DNA from: Octopus vulgaris
Taxonomy: Eukaryota
Length of the DNA stretch: 64,000 bases
Direction of reading: 5' to 3'
Assembly (NCBI GenBank): GCA_951406725.2
Contig: OX597818.1
Location: forward strand, 46,996,001-47,060,000
Part shown: positions 37,481 to 51,882 of the stretch, piece by piece
Numbering within the stretch: the stretch's first letter is position 1
Layout: each line of letters begins with the position of its first letter
Position numbers and translations under genes: made by a program
The notes under the pieces: generated by a model
What the model was told of the DNA's origin: nothing
Databases searched by the model: none
What the model saw: only the letters and a program-made list of their open reading frames with translations

Positions 37481-40153
37481 ATAATTCTGCTTGTCACTCT
37501 GTTCCGTAGCCCGTCCGTAACGCTTCCACGTAATTAGTTTAAGGGGAGGGAAGGGAAAGATGGTGGTGAGTGAAATGTGTAATTTCGCTTTTTAACTAAG
37601 TTATTTTTTTCTCCGTTATATTGTCCGTCTGTAATACTTTCATGTGATTAGTTGAAGGGAAAGCAAAAAGCAAAAGAAAATGGAGAGAGAAAAAGAGGGT
37701 AAGGCAAATAGGAAGAGTGGTATGCATTAAGTCTATAGAATTGTGCAGTGCATTAAGAAATCATCATATACCAGTTTCTTTCACTTTTCAATGATTAGCA
37801 GATGAGCAACTATCTTTTGAAACAGGCTGCGCGCTTGAGTTTTTTGGATAAAGTTTTCAGAATTAAGCAAATAAGTTTACCATTAATTCTGTGAAATTTA
37901 ATATGATAAACAAAATTGGTGGGCTCATACACATACATACTGACAAATCACAAAATGAAACTCGAAATTTAGAAATAGAATTGTGAAGTATGTCAATACG
38001 TATATATATGAGACCACCAATTTTCTTTTTCATATTGAATTCACATATTCTAATCTACACACTCTAGAAGGTATTTGTATAAAATTTCATTTAAAAATAC
38101 CAACTTTTCTGAAAGATATGAAGAAACAAAGCCAACCAGTGTGAATTTTCTGAAACTCTGGTCTTAAAAATATTTTCACCACAAATTCCTATAGTCTGTG
38201 CAAGATAATATCTTCTAGAGTAGAGATTAAGGGCAAGGAATCTTGTTTAATTCAAAGGTCAACCGCATTAAAAAATTTTATCAATTATATGTAAAAATGT
38301 AATTATATTTATAGTGAAAATGTTAACCCTTCCGTTACCAACCCGGCTGAAACTGGCTCTGGCTCTGAGTACAAATGTCTTGTTTTCATAAGTTTTGAAT
38401 TAAAATCTTCCACCAAACTTTAGTCACAATTTATGTTCCTAACACAAGCTGAATGATAGCTAAGTCGTTTTACTAAATTCTTTGTTATATCTAAAGTAAT
38501 TGAAAGAAACACAGAGCATCTCAAAATAAATACAGTAACGAAAGGGTTAGATATTCAAGGAGCTAGTTAGACCAATATCCTGTTTAGATGCAATCTGAGA
38601 TATCTGTGCATGGAGCGACAGCTTCATTCCAGATGTGAGAGCAATTGTTCATTGTGGGTCTTGAACCATATACATAGAGGGCTTGTAATTGTTGGGAGCT
38701 GAAGTATTAGCTCATTCTGAAGAGGAACATGAGTGATTGATAAGACAGGTATGTGATCATCATCATCATCATCATCATCGTTTAATGTCCGTTCTCCATG
38801 CTAGCATGGGTTGGACGGTTTGACCAGAAGGCTGCACCAGGCTCCAGTCTTATCTGGCAATGTTTCTACAGCTGGATGCCCTTCCTAACACCAACCACTC
38901 CGTGAGTGTAGTGGGTGCTTTTTACGTGCCACCTGCACAGGTGCCAGGCGAGGCTGGCAACGGCCACGGTCGGATTGGTGTACTTTATGTGCCACCGGCA
39001 CGGAAGCCAGTGGAGGCAGCGCTGGCATCGGCCACGAGTCGGATAGTGCTTTTTACGTACCACCAGACCAGGGATCCTGGCTGGTTCAATTCGATTTCGC
39101 TTTCGCTTGCCCCAACATGTCTTCGCAAGCAAAGGGGGTTGGCATGGGTGCCTGTCGTCGGATGAGGTTCTATATCGACTTCGCTTGCCTCAACAGGTCT
39201 TTGTGTCCAAGGGAGGAAAAGCATTCATAAGTGGGCTGGGCTCACTTGTCCTGCCTGAACTCAACCATATACATACAGATTATATAACATCATTTTATGT
39301 CTAATTTCCATACTGTCACAGTTTGTTACATCATCATCATCATCATTTAACATCTGCCTTCCATGCTAGCATGGGTTGGATGATTTGACTGAGGACCGGT
39401 GAACCAGATTGCTGCACCAGGCTCCAATCTTGTTCTAGCAGAGTTTCTACAGCTGGATGCACTTCCTAACGCCAACCACTCTGAGAGTGTAGTGGGTGCT
39501 TTTATGTACCACCAACATGAGGGCCGGTCAGGCGGTACTGGCAACAGCCATGCTCAAATGGTGCTTTTTACATGCCACCTGCACAGGAGCCAGTCCAGCG
39601 GCACTGGCAACAACCTCGCTCGAATGTTTTTTCACGTACCACCGGCACAAGTACCAGTAAGGTGACACTGGTAACGATCACGCTCGAATGGTGCTTTTTA
39701 CGTGCCACCAGCACGGAAGCCAGTTAGCTGCTCTGGTAACGATCACGCTCGGATGGTGCTCTTAGCGTTCCACTGGCATGGATGCCAGTCATCAAATTTC
39801 ATTCCGAATAGTCCAAGATATTTCTAACAGGAGCCCCTGTTTCACATAAACAAGTCAGAGGATCATATGTTTTGTTTCCAGCCTGATTTCAATGGCTGGA
39901 TACCCTTCCTATTACTATCCACTTGACAGAGTGCACGAAATACATTTTATTATGGCACCAGCTCTAAAGAGACTGTCGTGTCCTCAGCAAGACTGGATCA
40001 AAGAGTTTGTAGTGAGACTTAGAAGTGAACCTCAGATTTTCAATTGCAGGGTCCATACCACACATAAATCATGCTCAAATTATGCAGCATGTTCTGATCA
40101 TCAACAAATTGGTTTGCAGCAATATTAAGTCATACCATCAACATCATCTACAA

Positions 40154-40781
40154 CAGTGGTTCTCGACATCTTTTAACTATGGAATCCTTTGATTCCTATT
40201 TTACTCTACAGGACCCTTATAGCCATTCGATGTTTAAAAAAAATCTCATATTTTCGTAATTAAATATTACTAGCAGTATCGCCCGGCATTACTCGGGTTT
40301 GTTTCGACCCTTTAGAATTGGAATTTTTGAAAAGTAAAAATTTTGCTTTATGTAGCTTGTTATTCTCTTTAAGTGAACATTTTTCTGGTTGAAATACACC
40401 AAAAAATGACGACACAGCAGTCAAAACATCGTAAGAAATAGGGATTTTCATAGAAAAAAAGCACCTTTTTGATGTAAATAATTTTTGGTGTTAACATGGT
40501 CCGATTTGAATTTTTTTGTCAACAGAAGGAAGAGCAAGCCTTCTTCTATCGTACTCTCAATTTTGGTCAACTTGCACCGCAGGGTCTCGGAGGAGATAGT
40601 GTTAGTTGAAGGCTACCAAACCTGCTATACACAGACAACTTCAGCTTTATATATATAGAGATAAGGAATTGTATTTAAAAAAATATATCAAAATATTTTG
40701 TGTATTGTAGAAGTAAAACCAATTTATTGCAAATAAATTTTAAGAACAAAATCTCATGTGGACCCCTGTTGAGAACCACTG
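40154..40781. mobile_element. hAT/Charlie-like MITE carrying a nested Helitron/HINE-like element (40269-40662)
   Basis: CAGTGGTTCTC...GAGAACCACTG with perfect TSD atctacaa; the insert matches 36228-36612. Confidence 0.75.
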
Positions 40782-43700
40782 ATCTACAATGTTCTTCAGG
40801 TTCCCATAATTTTGGTGTATTAGAACGAAAGCCCATGAAGGACAACTGTAGATGTTGAGAAAGCTACCAGAGAACACATCCTGACATCTCACCAAAAGCA
40901 AGCACACATGCAGAGTCCACCGCAGTCTTAATGAAGCAATTAGCTAATTACAGTGTCCAGTTTCCTGTGCTGAATCCAGCTAGAAGCAAGAAGAATTCTT
41001 CCTAATTTCAGGCCAAGTCTTTCCAATTTCTCAAGCCTTGATATTAGTTTCATGAAGCTCAGTTCTAACCTCCCACATCTCCAGCAATCATTAGAAATTT
41101 TATATAAATATGTACAATAGACCTTAAAATAAATATATTCTATTCTGTTTGCATTTGTCATGTATGAATAACATGCAGCACAGCTAACTTATAAACAACT
41201 ATGCATAACAGCATAACATGAGCTTGCAACAAATTCTGTCAACCCTCTGCTTTCTTCACACTTTCTGTCAACTCTTTACAGAGTGCATCCTATAAAGTGG
41301 GGCCCTTGCGTACTTGGTTTGGGGAATCCTTACGATTTTGTAAATGTTTTCAGAACTTATTTTCAGGAGGAAATATATTTTCAATATTCATCATCATCAT
41401 CATCATCATCATCATCGTTTAACATCTGCTTTCCATGCTAGCATGGGTTGGACGATTTGACTGAGGATTGGCGAACCAGATGGCTGCACCAGGTTCCAAT
41501 CTGATCTGGCAGAGCTTCTACAGCTAGATGCCCTTCCTAACGCCAACCACTCTGAGAGTGTAGTGGGTGCTTTTATGTGCCATGGGCATGAGGGCCAATC
41601 AGGCAGTACTGGCAACAGCCATGCTTAAATGGTGTTTTTTACATGCCACCTGCACAGGAGCCAGTCCAGTGGCACTGGCAACGACCTTGCTCGAATGTTT
41701 TTTCACATGCCAGTAAGGCGATGCTTGTAACAATCATGCTTGAATGGTGCCTTTTACATGCCACCAGTACGGAAGCCAGTTAGCTGCTCTGGCAACAATT
41801 TAAAAAGGCATTACTCAAAGGTGAGCAAGTTCAAAATATAATACGATAATAAAGAGAATCTCAAATAGTTTTAAGAGGCCACAAAACTTAAAAGAGTCTC
41901 AAAAAGGGCCCTAATAAATAAAAGAGGCTTGATAATTTAAAAAAAAAACACAATTGGATTTTTAAAAATTTAAACAAGTGAATAAAATGTTACAAATTAT
42001 TTATTTGATTGCTGTAAGTATATTTTTTTATATATAACTCCAAGCTTTTGGCTTCTCTGAATAAAGAAATCCCTGGGCCATGACCTATATTGGCCCATAC
42101 ATAAATGTGACCCTGCTGTCATGTGATCAACATTTGAAAGATTGTTATATCCCCCATAAAGCAAGGTTAAAGGGTCTTCTTGAGCTTATACTTCTCTGCT
42201 CATTCTCCAACCATTCGAAAAAGTGACATCAATACAAAAAGAATTTCCTGGTACCCTGACAGAGTAAAATGGTACTCAGTACTCTGAGATACATATGAAT
42301 GCTCTGGGCAACATAATCAAAGAAATAATAGGAGAGAGAGAGAGAGAGCAATGATAATAGAAAAGTGAGGATGGATGGATGAAAGGAGCAAGAGTGTAAT
42401 GGTAGAAACAGAGTAATTGAGATGAGAGAGAGAGAGAGAGATGATTGTTAGTATAGAGAGGGTGAATGTAGAGCATATTGAGAACAAGTTCAATGCAATC
42501 TCATACTTAGATCTCGTGGTGGGCAGGGGAACTAAAGTGACAAGGATGGTAGTAGGAGATAAAATGAGGGAGGATTCTGTTCCATCTGTCATTGCATGAG
42601 CAGTGAGTAATAGTGAGATGAATGACTGAGATAAGGAGACAGAGAAAGGAGTGAAATGGGAGATAAGGGGGTGTCAAAATGCAGGGGAGGCAACAAAAGT
42701 AGGTTTCACAGAACATACACCATGCGCACACACACACACACACTCTCTCTTTCTTTCACTTTCTTTTTTTCTCTCTCTCTCTCTCTCCCACACACATTCA
42801 TACATGCACATACACATACACAAACATAGATTATACCTTTCAATCTTTATTTATAACATTTCTCTAGCCATGTTTGCACTAATGTTGGGGTCTTTTCCAT
42901 GGTAGGCGGTCCTTATACCTATTTCTTTATTACCCACAAGGGGCTAAACATAGAGGGGACAAACAAGGACAGACATAGATATTAAGTCGATTACATCGAC
43001 CCCAGTGTGTAATTAGTACTTAATTTGTCGACCTCGACGGGATTTGAACTCACAACGTCCTTATACCACCAATCAACACTCCTCTTTGACATCTCTTTCA
43101 TGAGATGTAACTCTTGAGATCTGTCTTCAAAATTTCATTCCAAGTCTTTCTTATTTCTTTATTGCCCACACGGGGCTAAACACAGAGGGGACAAACTAGG
43201 ACAGACAAAGGGATTAAGTTGATTACATCGACCCAGTGCATAACTGGTACTTAATTTATCAAACCCGAAAGGATGAAAGGCAAAGTCGACCTTGGTGAAA
43301 TTTGAACTCAGAACGTAACGGCAGATGAAATACCTATTTCTTTTACAACCCACAAGGGGTTAAACACAGAAGGGACAAACAAGGACAGACAAACGGATTA
43401 AGTCGATTATATTGACCCCAGTGCGTAACTGGTACTTAATTTATCGACCCCGAAAGGATGAAAGGCAAAGTCGACCTCAGCGGAATTTGAACTCAGAATG
43501 TAACAGCTGACGAAATACTGCTAAGCATTTCACCTGGAGCGCTAAAGTTTTTGCCAGCTTGCCGCCTTTTACCAAGTCTTTCTTTGTAAATGGAACCTCT
43601 TTCACCATTTCTCTTTTTTTTTTATTGTGATTCACTGTTCACTTCCTGTGCATATTCTATATACTGTTCATGCAGTTTGGGTCACTTTTACTAATGAGTT

Positions 43701-44554
43701 GTAGTGCACCTGAGAACTACAATAAGTTCATTATAGATATTATAATATAAGTTCTATTCACTTTCAGCATCTGACACTTCTTTATACAGCTTCCTTTCTC
43801 TTTACACATCACAGGCCTGTACCAGCACAGTCTTTCTTTCTCGCATGCTACATCTGATTCATCTAACATCCAGTTTTTCTTTCAACTCATTTACAAACCA
43901 TCATTCATGTACTCTAACATTGCACATCCAGCAAAGCATGCTGGCTTTGTGTCTTCCTAGATTTTGCTAATCCTCTGCATTCCAGGTTGCATCTCATTAG
44001 TATGCAGCATCACGGTTTGTGGTTAGGCATTCTGTCAGTTACAATGAGTGTCCCGGTTGATCCAATCAATGGAACAGCCTGCTTGTAAAATTAGCATGCA
44101 AATGGCTGAGCACTCCACAGACACTTGTACCCTTAATGTAGTTCACAGGGATATTCAGTGTAACACACAGAATGTGACAAGAGTGACCTTTTGAACTACA
44201 GGTACTACTCATTTTTCGTCTGCTGCTACATTCTGAGTTCAAATTCCGCCAAGGTCGACTTTGCCTTTCATCCTTTCGGGGTCGATAAATTAAGTACCAG
44301 TTATGCACTGGGGTCGATGTAATCAACTTAATCTGTTTGTTTGTCCCCCCTATGTTTAGCCCCTTGTGGGTAATAAAGAAACAGGTACTACTCATTTTTG
44401 CCAGCTGAGTTGGCTGGAGCAATGTGAAATAAAATTCTTGCTCAAGGACACAACACACTGCTGAAAATTGAACTCAGGATCTTATGATCATGGGCTAAAT
44501 ACACTAACCACTAAGCCATGTGCCTTCATATCACACTGTGTATTAATATATCAA

Positions 44555-45105
44555 AATCAAATTCGATGGCTGGCATCTGTGTTAGCGGGGTGCAAAGAGC
44601 ACCATACAAGTGTGATCGTTGACAGAGCGGCTAACCGGCTTCCGTGCCAGTGGCACATAAAGGGCACCATTCGAGTGTGATTGTTACCAGCATCGCCTTA
44701 CTAGCACTTGTGCCCGTGCTAGTAGGGTACCAAGAGCACCAGCCGAGCGTGATCGTTGCCAGAGCAGCCAACTGGCTTTCGTACCTGTGGCACATAAAAG
44801 GGCACCATTCGAGTGTGATCATTACCAGCGTTGCCTTACTGGCACCTGTGCCGGTGGAATGTGTAAAAAGATTCGAGCAAGGTCGTTGCCAGTACCGCCT
44901 GACTGGCCCCCATGCCAGTGGCACGTAAAAAGCACCCACTACAATCTCGGAGTGGTTGGCATTAGGAAGGGCATCCAGCTGTAGAAACTCTGCCAGATCA
45001 GACTGGAGTCTGGTGCAGCCATCTGGTTTGCCAGCCCTCAGTCAAAATCGTCCAACCCACGCTAGCATGGAAAGCAGACGTTAAACGATGCTGATGATGA
45101 TGATT
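44555..45105 (+). mobile_element. RTE-LINE 3'UTR fragment; other copies ~1170-1400, 4320-4655, 10217-10505, 38755-39250, 39330-39800, 41390-41800, 46890-47185, 50725-51203, 51890-52165, 61535-62005
   Basis: Shared GGCATTAGGAAGGGCATCCAGCTGTAGAAAC...GCTAGCATGGAAAGC.GACGTTAAA(GAT)n, matching the 3' end of the LINE at 7012. Confidence 0.85.
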
Positions 45106-48100
45106 GTGCAATCTGCGCTTCCTTCCTTCAGAAGAAGCCTTTGTTACCAGTTAAGATAGAAGTTCATTGAACAGTTTCCATCCCATTCTCACTCCAGCTT
45201 CAATGCTTTTAGAACATCCGCCTGCTCTGTTACTAAAATCACTTGAACATCAAAAGCTAAAGTTCTTCTAAAAAACCTTCCAAGCATTTGTTAGAATAAT
45301 TTTCAGTGAGCTCTTAGCACTTACTGTTCCCATGCACCTGTCACGTATGAAGTGTCCTTTCTCTGTATTCACACTGAATCTCTTGTGTCTGTAGTCTACA
45401 CTGGCTACACTATATGGAATTTCTACCAGCTCCTTTTCTGCATATTAGGTATGGCCATTTCCCTAATGATCATAAGGTCCTATTTTCTTTCCTACTTACT
45501 AATACTTTTTTACTAAGTTAGTTTTGAAACCTCTCAATTCTAGCTTTTGCTGCTCCAGTTGGAAGTTCTTCTTTAAATCCATTTGTGATTCAGTTTTAGG
45601 ATGGCCATCAGACAGCTAGCTGGTTTTAATTTCTCTGTTATGACTGGGAGCATAATAATGAACTGAAAGGAGCTGAGGACAGAGTTCTGATGAGCCCCCT
45701 ACTTAAATATTAAGTTCATTGCTGAACCCATGACTGACCTGTGCCTCTGAGCATGGCTTGTATGGCTTTCATAAGCCATGCATCTAACTCAACATTAGGT
45801 CACATATGGAAGCATGCTCCATTTCAGTGCATTGCTGTATCCACCATTTGTCAGTATTTGCTTGGGTTGTTCCAGGCAACCCTCATTCTCCATCTCTGCA
45901 AGATAATTCGTCATCAGTCATGAGCATGTGGTATTGACCAACATGAGCTGTCACTCAAGTAATATCCTCAAAGAAGAGAACACAATAGGCAGGTTCCAAC
46001 AAAGAAGATTGAGCAACATGACAAAACAGTTTGAGCTGCTACTCTCAAAGCATGCAAGTAACAAGATGCCTTTCATTTTCTGAGTAGAATAGTTGGTTGT
46101 GTACAAAATCTGAGCAATGGTAAGCCATAATCTTGCAAAGTGTCCTGGTACTAAAGGAGTTCAGGTGGCTCCTAAGGGCCTCAGATAGTGTCATAGTCTT
46201 GCTACAAGACAGAGAGGATCAGAAACCTGAAGACACAAACCTTAGTTCTCTTGCTCAGATATTGGCAATGCCAAACTTCCTTGCCCAGTCAGTTCACAAC
46301 TGTACCAACATGTTCAAGTCTTTTTAAGACTTTAGACTCACAGCTAATGCTGCTATGGATCACACTGCAAAGATAAGAGAAGCAGTCAACAACTTCAACA
46401 TTCTCACCTGTAAGAGAGACAGATGAAATCGAGTTTCCCAGTAAGCTAACAAGAGAATGGATCTTTGTTTTCACATAAAAAAACCTCTAAGGCAAATGGT
46501 TCCACTTCCTCACTCTGTGAAAGGAGTGTGGTCCTTAAGACACCCAGAGACTCAGCAAGAATAACTGCATCATCAGCAAAATCCAAGTGTGTAATCCTAG
46601 TTTCACCAATAAGCACATCACAGCTTGATTAAAGCACCATCTGGTCAACAAATATGATGTAGAGTGGCTTATGCCAGGTTAAGTACTTCTCCTACAGTTA
46701 CCTATCAAAGAAGATTGAATCAGTACTGCTTCTAGGTTTAATGTTGAACTGCATTCCATCTAGGTAAATTGCCATCTTAAAATGAGCTATAACTCCTGTA
46801 AGTTTCGTAACCTTGTCCTAAAACAAGCAAAATGTACTTCAGTTTGAAAAGAGATTTGAATTTGATAAATACAAAAGATCTTTGTCTTGCAAGTTACTTG
46901 GTGCTGATGTCATGTAAAAAGTATCCAGTCCACGGTTGGCGTTTGGAAGGGCATCCAGCTGTAAAAGCCTTGCTAAAACTGACCTTGCCTGTGCTTGTGC
47001 CATGTAAAAAGCTCTCAGTCCACTCTGCTGAGTGGTTGGTGTTAGGAAGGGCATCCAGCTGTAAAAATCCTGCCAAAACAGACACAGATGTCTGGTGCAA
47101 GCTCCTGCTTGGTTGGCTCCTGTCAAACTCTCCAACACATGCCAGCATGGAAGGCAGATCTTAAATGATGATAATGATGATGATGAAGAATCTTCTGTTT
47201 TTTTTTCTGTAGGAGCTGGTGGAAGTTTGTTTCAGAAGAGTAAGACTAACTGAATTATTTTGGATTTACTTAGAAATTAATGAACTGATTGCAGGTCCTC
47301 CAGTATTATCCTTTCTACTATAGGCACAAAGCCTGAAATTTGGAGGAGTGGGACAGTTGATTATATTGACCCCAGTGTTTCACTGTTACTTAATTTATCG
47401 ACCGTGAAAAGATGAAAGGCAAAGTCAACCTTGGTGGAATTTGAACTAAGAACGTAGCAACAGGTGAAATACCGCTAAGCATTTCGCCTGGTGTGCTAAT
47501 GATTCTGTCAGCTTGCCACCTTGGTCCTCTGGTATTATCAAAATCAAATTACTTAGCAGAGATAAATCTAATGCATTGTTACTTTCCAATAAAAAATACT
47601 TTTAAAATATTGATTTTGTGTTGTCTCTCAAAGCACCTGTCAAGAAAGGTGTGAGAGTAAAAGCAACTCTGTTTTAACCACAGATTTTAATCCTAGCGTG
47701 ATAAAAATTTCAGTGCTTGAAATATCTTCCACATTCTTATGATAGGGATTTCCTGGTCCTTATATTTTGATAATATTTCTATTTCTTGTATTCTCATTTA
47801 GTTGGTATGGGCACATTGATCACAGTACTAATCCTTATATGTTTGGTTAACTTTGATAATATAAAAATGGTGATCTCTTGTATTTTTTTAAGTGTATGCT
47901 TGAGAAAGGAAACATGTAGCAAGAAAATAAAGCAAAGAAAGGTAAAAACAACTTAAAAGCAGTAAACTTAATGATCATTTATGCATGATTGCATAACCTT
48001 CGGTATTTCCCCGTATCTTAACATCATTATATCTTCTTGAATAAACTACATTTTATTCAGCAAGTCCTACTAACAGAGCATGAAATTAATTACACTCGCT

Positions 48101-51100
48101 ACTTGTTTTGGAAAGGTGAAGAGAGATGAAAACTCTCTAGGTGGGTTTCAAATTACAAACTTTCCCACTTGGACATTCTCATGATAAATTACAACTTGGT
48201 TTATCATTTCACCTAACTGAGAAAGTACATTCTAGCACATGGGAAAGTTTCCAAGATCTCTCCTCATTTATGATAGCAATTAAAATAGTATATCATAGGT
48301 GGTCTTAATAGTTTATACAACAAAAATATTATTGAGTGGAGATGCTGATAGAACTATAAGCAAAGTCTGACTTTATATTTGTCAAAAAAATTTGATTACA
48401 TTCATCATATAAACATTAGCAGTTGTAAGGCTTCAGTTTAGTGCACCAAAAATATACACAATATTCTATCACAAAAGTCATATCCAATGCTGATTTTTTT
48501 TCTAATGGCTTACGAAAAGAACAAGCAGCACTTACAACCTTTTTAACCCTTTCATTACCAACCCGACTGAAACCAGCTCTGGCTCTGAGTACAAATGTTT
48601 TGTTTTCATAAGTTTTGAATTAAAATCTTCCACCAAACCTTAGTCACAATTTATGTTCCTAACACCAACTTAATGATAACTAAGTTATTTTACTAAATTC
48701 TTTGTTATATTTAAAGTAATTGAAAGAACACAGAGCATCTTAAAATAATGAAGGGGTTAAGAAATTCTGAGATTGGCAGGAAGGAGATGTTATCCTTAGC
48801 CTGGAGACATGAACTGAATGCTTCAGATAGAAGGGTTTGTTAAAGGCACTTGAGACTCATATTATAATGTTAAACTGGTCAGTAGATTAACCCTTTAGCA
48901 TTTAAACCGGCCATATCCGGCCAAAAGTATTTTGCCTGTTTTATGTTCAAAATTGCCAGATCTGGTCTCTCACACCAACCCTACAATATCGTTCTAGAAA
49001 TTAACAGCTACCTCATTAAAATCTCATAGCTACAAGATAATGCATGATTAGTTCAAAACAATGAGGATGAAAAAGCATTAATTTTGGCAGAATAATGCGA
49101 ACACTAAAGGGTTAAGCATGTCACCTATATACAGGGAATGGCAAATACTGAGAAAAACTGGTTGCTACAATGAGAGTAATAGAGTAAACAAAAATTTACT
49201 CCAAACGAAACGTTTCTGTTCATTCAAAACTGCTTGCTATCTCGATGACAAAGCAGCCAAAAGAGTTTCAAGATGCTTTAGTATCTTGCAATGTAAACAC
49301 AGGGTGGAGAAACAAGAACAGCTGCTGGATGACAGTAGCAGAAAGAACACTGGAAACATTACAACTTCTACTGTTTCTTTCTATGATCTTCACCTTCAAG
49401 GTTAATCTTCTTTATACTCATCTAAAAATACCTGACAAATAAAGGCATCATTTTACAATGGTAAAGACAGAAGGTATATACAGGTGTCCTTCACTGTAAT
49501 CATCAAAACAGGTTGATAGCCTTTAACCAAATTCATTAACCAGGTTAAAATGAGTCAAAGTATTGCACACCTGGAAAATCCAAAGCTTCTGGTTATAATG
49601 CTTAACAAAGCAGAAAGGAATACTGTCACAAGCCTGTTTACCCTGTTCTTGAAGAAAGTTATAATACTGATTTCAAATTTTGGCGCAAGGCCAGCAACTT
49701 CGAAGGAGGAGTAGACCAATAACATCAATCCCAGTGTTCAGATAGTACTTATTTTATTGAGCCCAAAAGGATGAAAGGCAAGGTTGACCTCAGAAGAATT
49801 TGGATTCAGACCTTAACAGACGAAATGTCACTATGCATTTTGCCTGATGTGCTAATGATCCTGCCAGCTCACCACCTTGAGAAAGTTGTAATATTACAGG
49901 ATTTTAGAGGCTGTGATTGTCTTTCTAACAAAAGTTACCCCAAACTGCTTCATCTACCAAGGATTTATCATACTTCTCATCACAGATGTCTTACTTATCC
50001 ATATTCTATTTGACAATCTCATTTTCATAATTGCTAAAAAAAAAAAAAAAAAAAAAGAAATATCTGAGCTACCAGAAACAGATACAATATTTAAATTGTT
50101 AATTACGAAAGAATGGTGTTCTGTTCAGGAAGGTCTTAGCATTTATTTACTTAACACCATAAAATCAGCTCAGTACAAGTCTCAGCACATTCACATTTCT
50201 GTTTTTGCTGCCTATCTACTAAAATATGTCAGATAGAACCGATTATGAGGTACACCTACCTGGATCTTGGCCAAATTTGATAACTGGAGCTTATGTTTAA
50301 AAAAAAATGTCAGCGTATCCCAGCAAAATGACTTAACTGTCATTAGCGTACACCATCTGTCTGTATCAATGTTGTTTTTTGCTGCTGTTCATTCCTAGAT
50401 CAGTTTTGATTTAATAGGTCTATAATCAAAAGGGTTCCAGTTATGACCATCCCATTTTTCTCAAGGGCTATGTATCTAATATTACATTACCCAATGTAAT
50501 ATTATTGTTTTTAAGATGATGGGATGTGATTTAAGGGGAAATTTGGCTACTGTTTCTATTTCTCTTTAATCTTTACAGAAGCTCCCATGTTTGCTTGAGC
50601 TGTAAATACTTAATTTTTGAAAGCATTGATCCCAGTCCTTAGGAGTAGGGATATTGTTTAACTGATGTACAGTTTGTTAGCTTAGACATTTGATCTTAAA
50701 AATCTGCTCTGGATTCAGAAAAAATATCAAATTCGATGACTGACATCCGTGCTAATGGAGCGTTAAGAGCACCATCTGAGCGTGATCATTGCCAGAGCAG
50801 ATAACTGGCTTCCGTGCCGGTGGCACACAAAAAGCACCATTCGAGTGTGGTAATTATCAGCGTTGCCTTACTGGCACTTGTGCTGGCGGCACGTGAAAAA
50901 ACAATCGAGCGAGGTCGTTGCCAGTGCTGCTGGACTGGCTCCTATGCAGGTGGCACATAAAAAGCACCATTTGAGTGTGGCCGTTGCCAGTGCCACCTCA
51001 CTGGTCCTCGTGCCGGTGGCATGTAAAAGCACCCATTACACTCTCGGAGTGGTTGGCATCAGGAAGGGCATCCAACTGTAGAAACTCTGCCAGATCAGAT

Positions 51101-51679
51101 TGGAGCCTGGTGCAGCCATCTGGTTCGCTAGTCCTCAGTCAAATCATCCAACCCGTGCTAGCATGGATAGCGGATGTTAAATGATGATGCTGATGATGAT
51201 GATATCCTTTTTAGAGGAGAGATATATCTTTTTATGGAATCCAAAGAGCTAATGAATCAGTATGGATTTTTATATAAAACAACAATTCTACTAAATCTTT
51301 CAGATATACAGTGTCATTTCTAGACATTCGGGTACTGGAAGTTCTTGATATAGATATTGATAAACTTGTTTTGAAATTTGTATTGCTATATTTGATGGCA
51401 CATAAGAAGCACTTTTTTCCAAACAAAATATCTTTAAAAATCCCTGCAGTTTGTGAAGATTTTAAAAATATAAGATTTATGTCTTTAAAAAAATGTCAAT
51501 TATCTTTACAGAAAATAGAATATTATTAAAATTACATAGGTGCGGGTGTGACTGCGTGATAAGAAGCTTGCTTCCCAACCACATGGTTCCAAGTTCAGTC
51601 CCACTGCATGGCATCTTGTGCAAGTGTCTTCTAAAACCTTGTGAGTAGATAGGATAGATGGAAATTGAATGATGCCTGT

Positions 51680-51714
<35 letters not shown>

Positions 51715-51842
51715 GTAGGTCCCGGGTTGATTCGGGGTTAACCACAGTAAATAAGGTACTCAATACATTGTACTCAATACAATGTCATTTCTCTTGAATA
51801 TAAATAAAACAGTTCTAGTCCTGTAGAAGCTCCTTCTATATA

Positions 51843-51882
<40 letters not shown>

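Noticed and set aside
36971-37537. 188-aa ORF next to the RPL27A promoter
   Set aside because: Lies in a ~207-bp tandem duplication of repeat-like sequence, with no recognisable protein features
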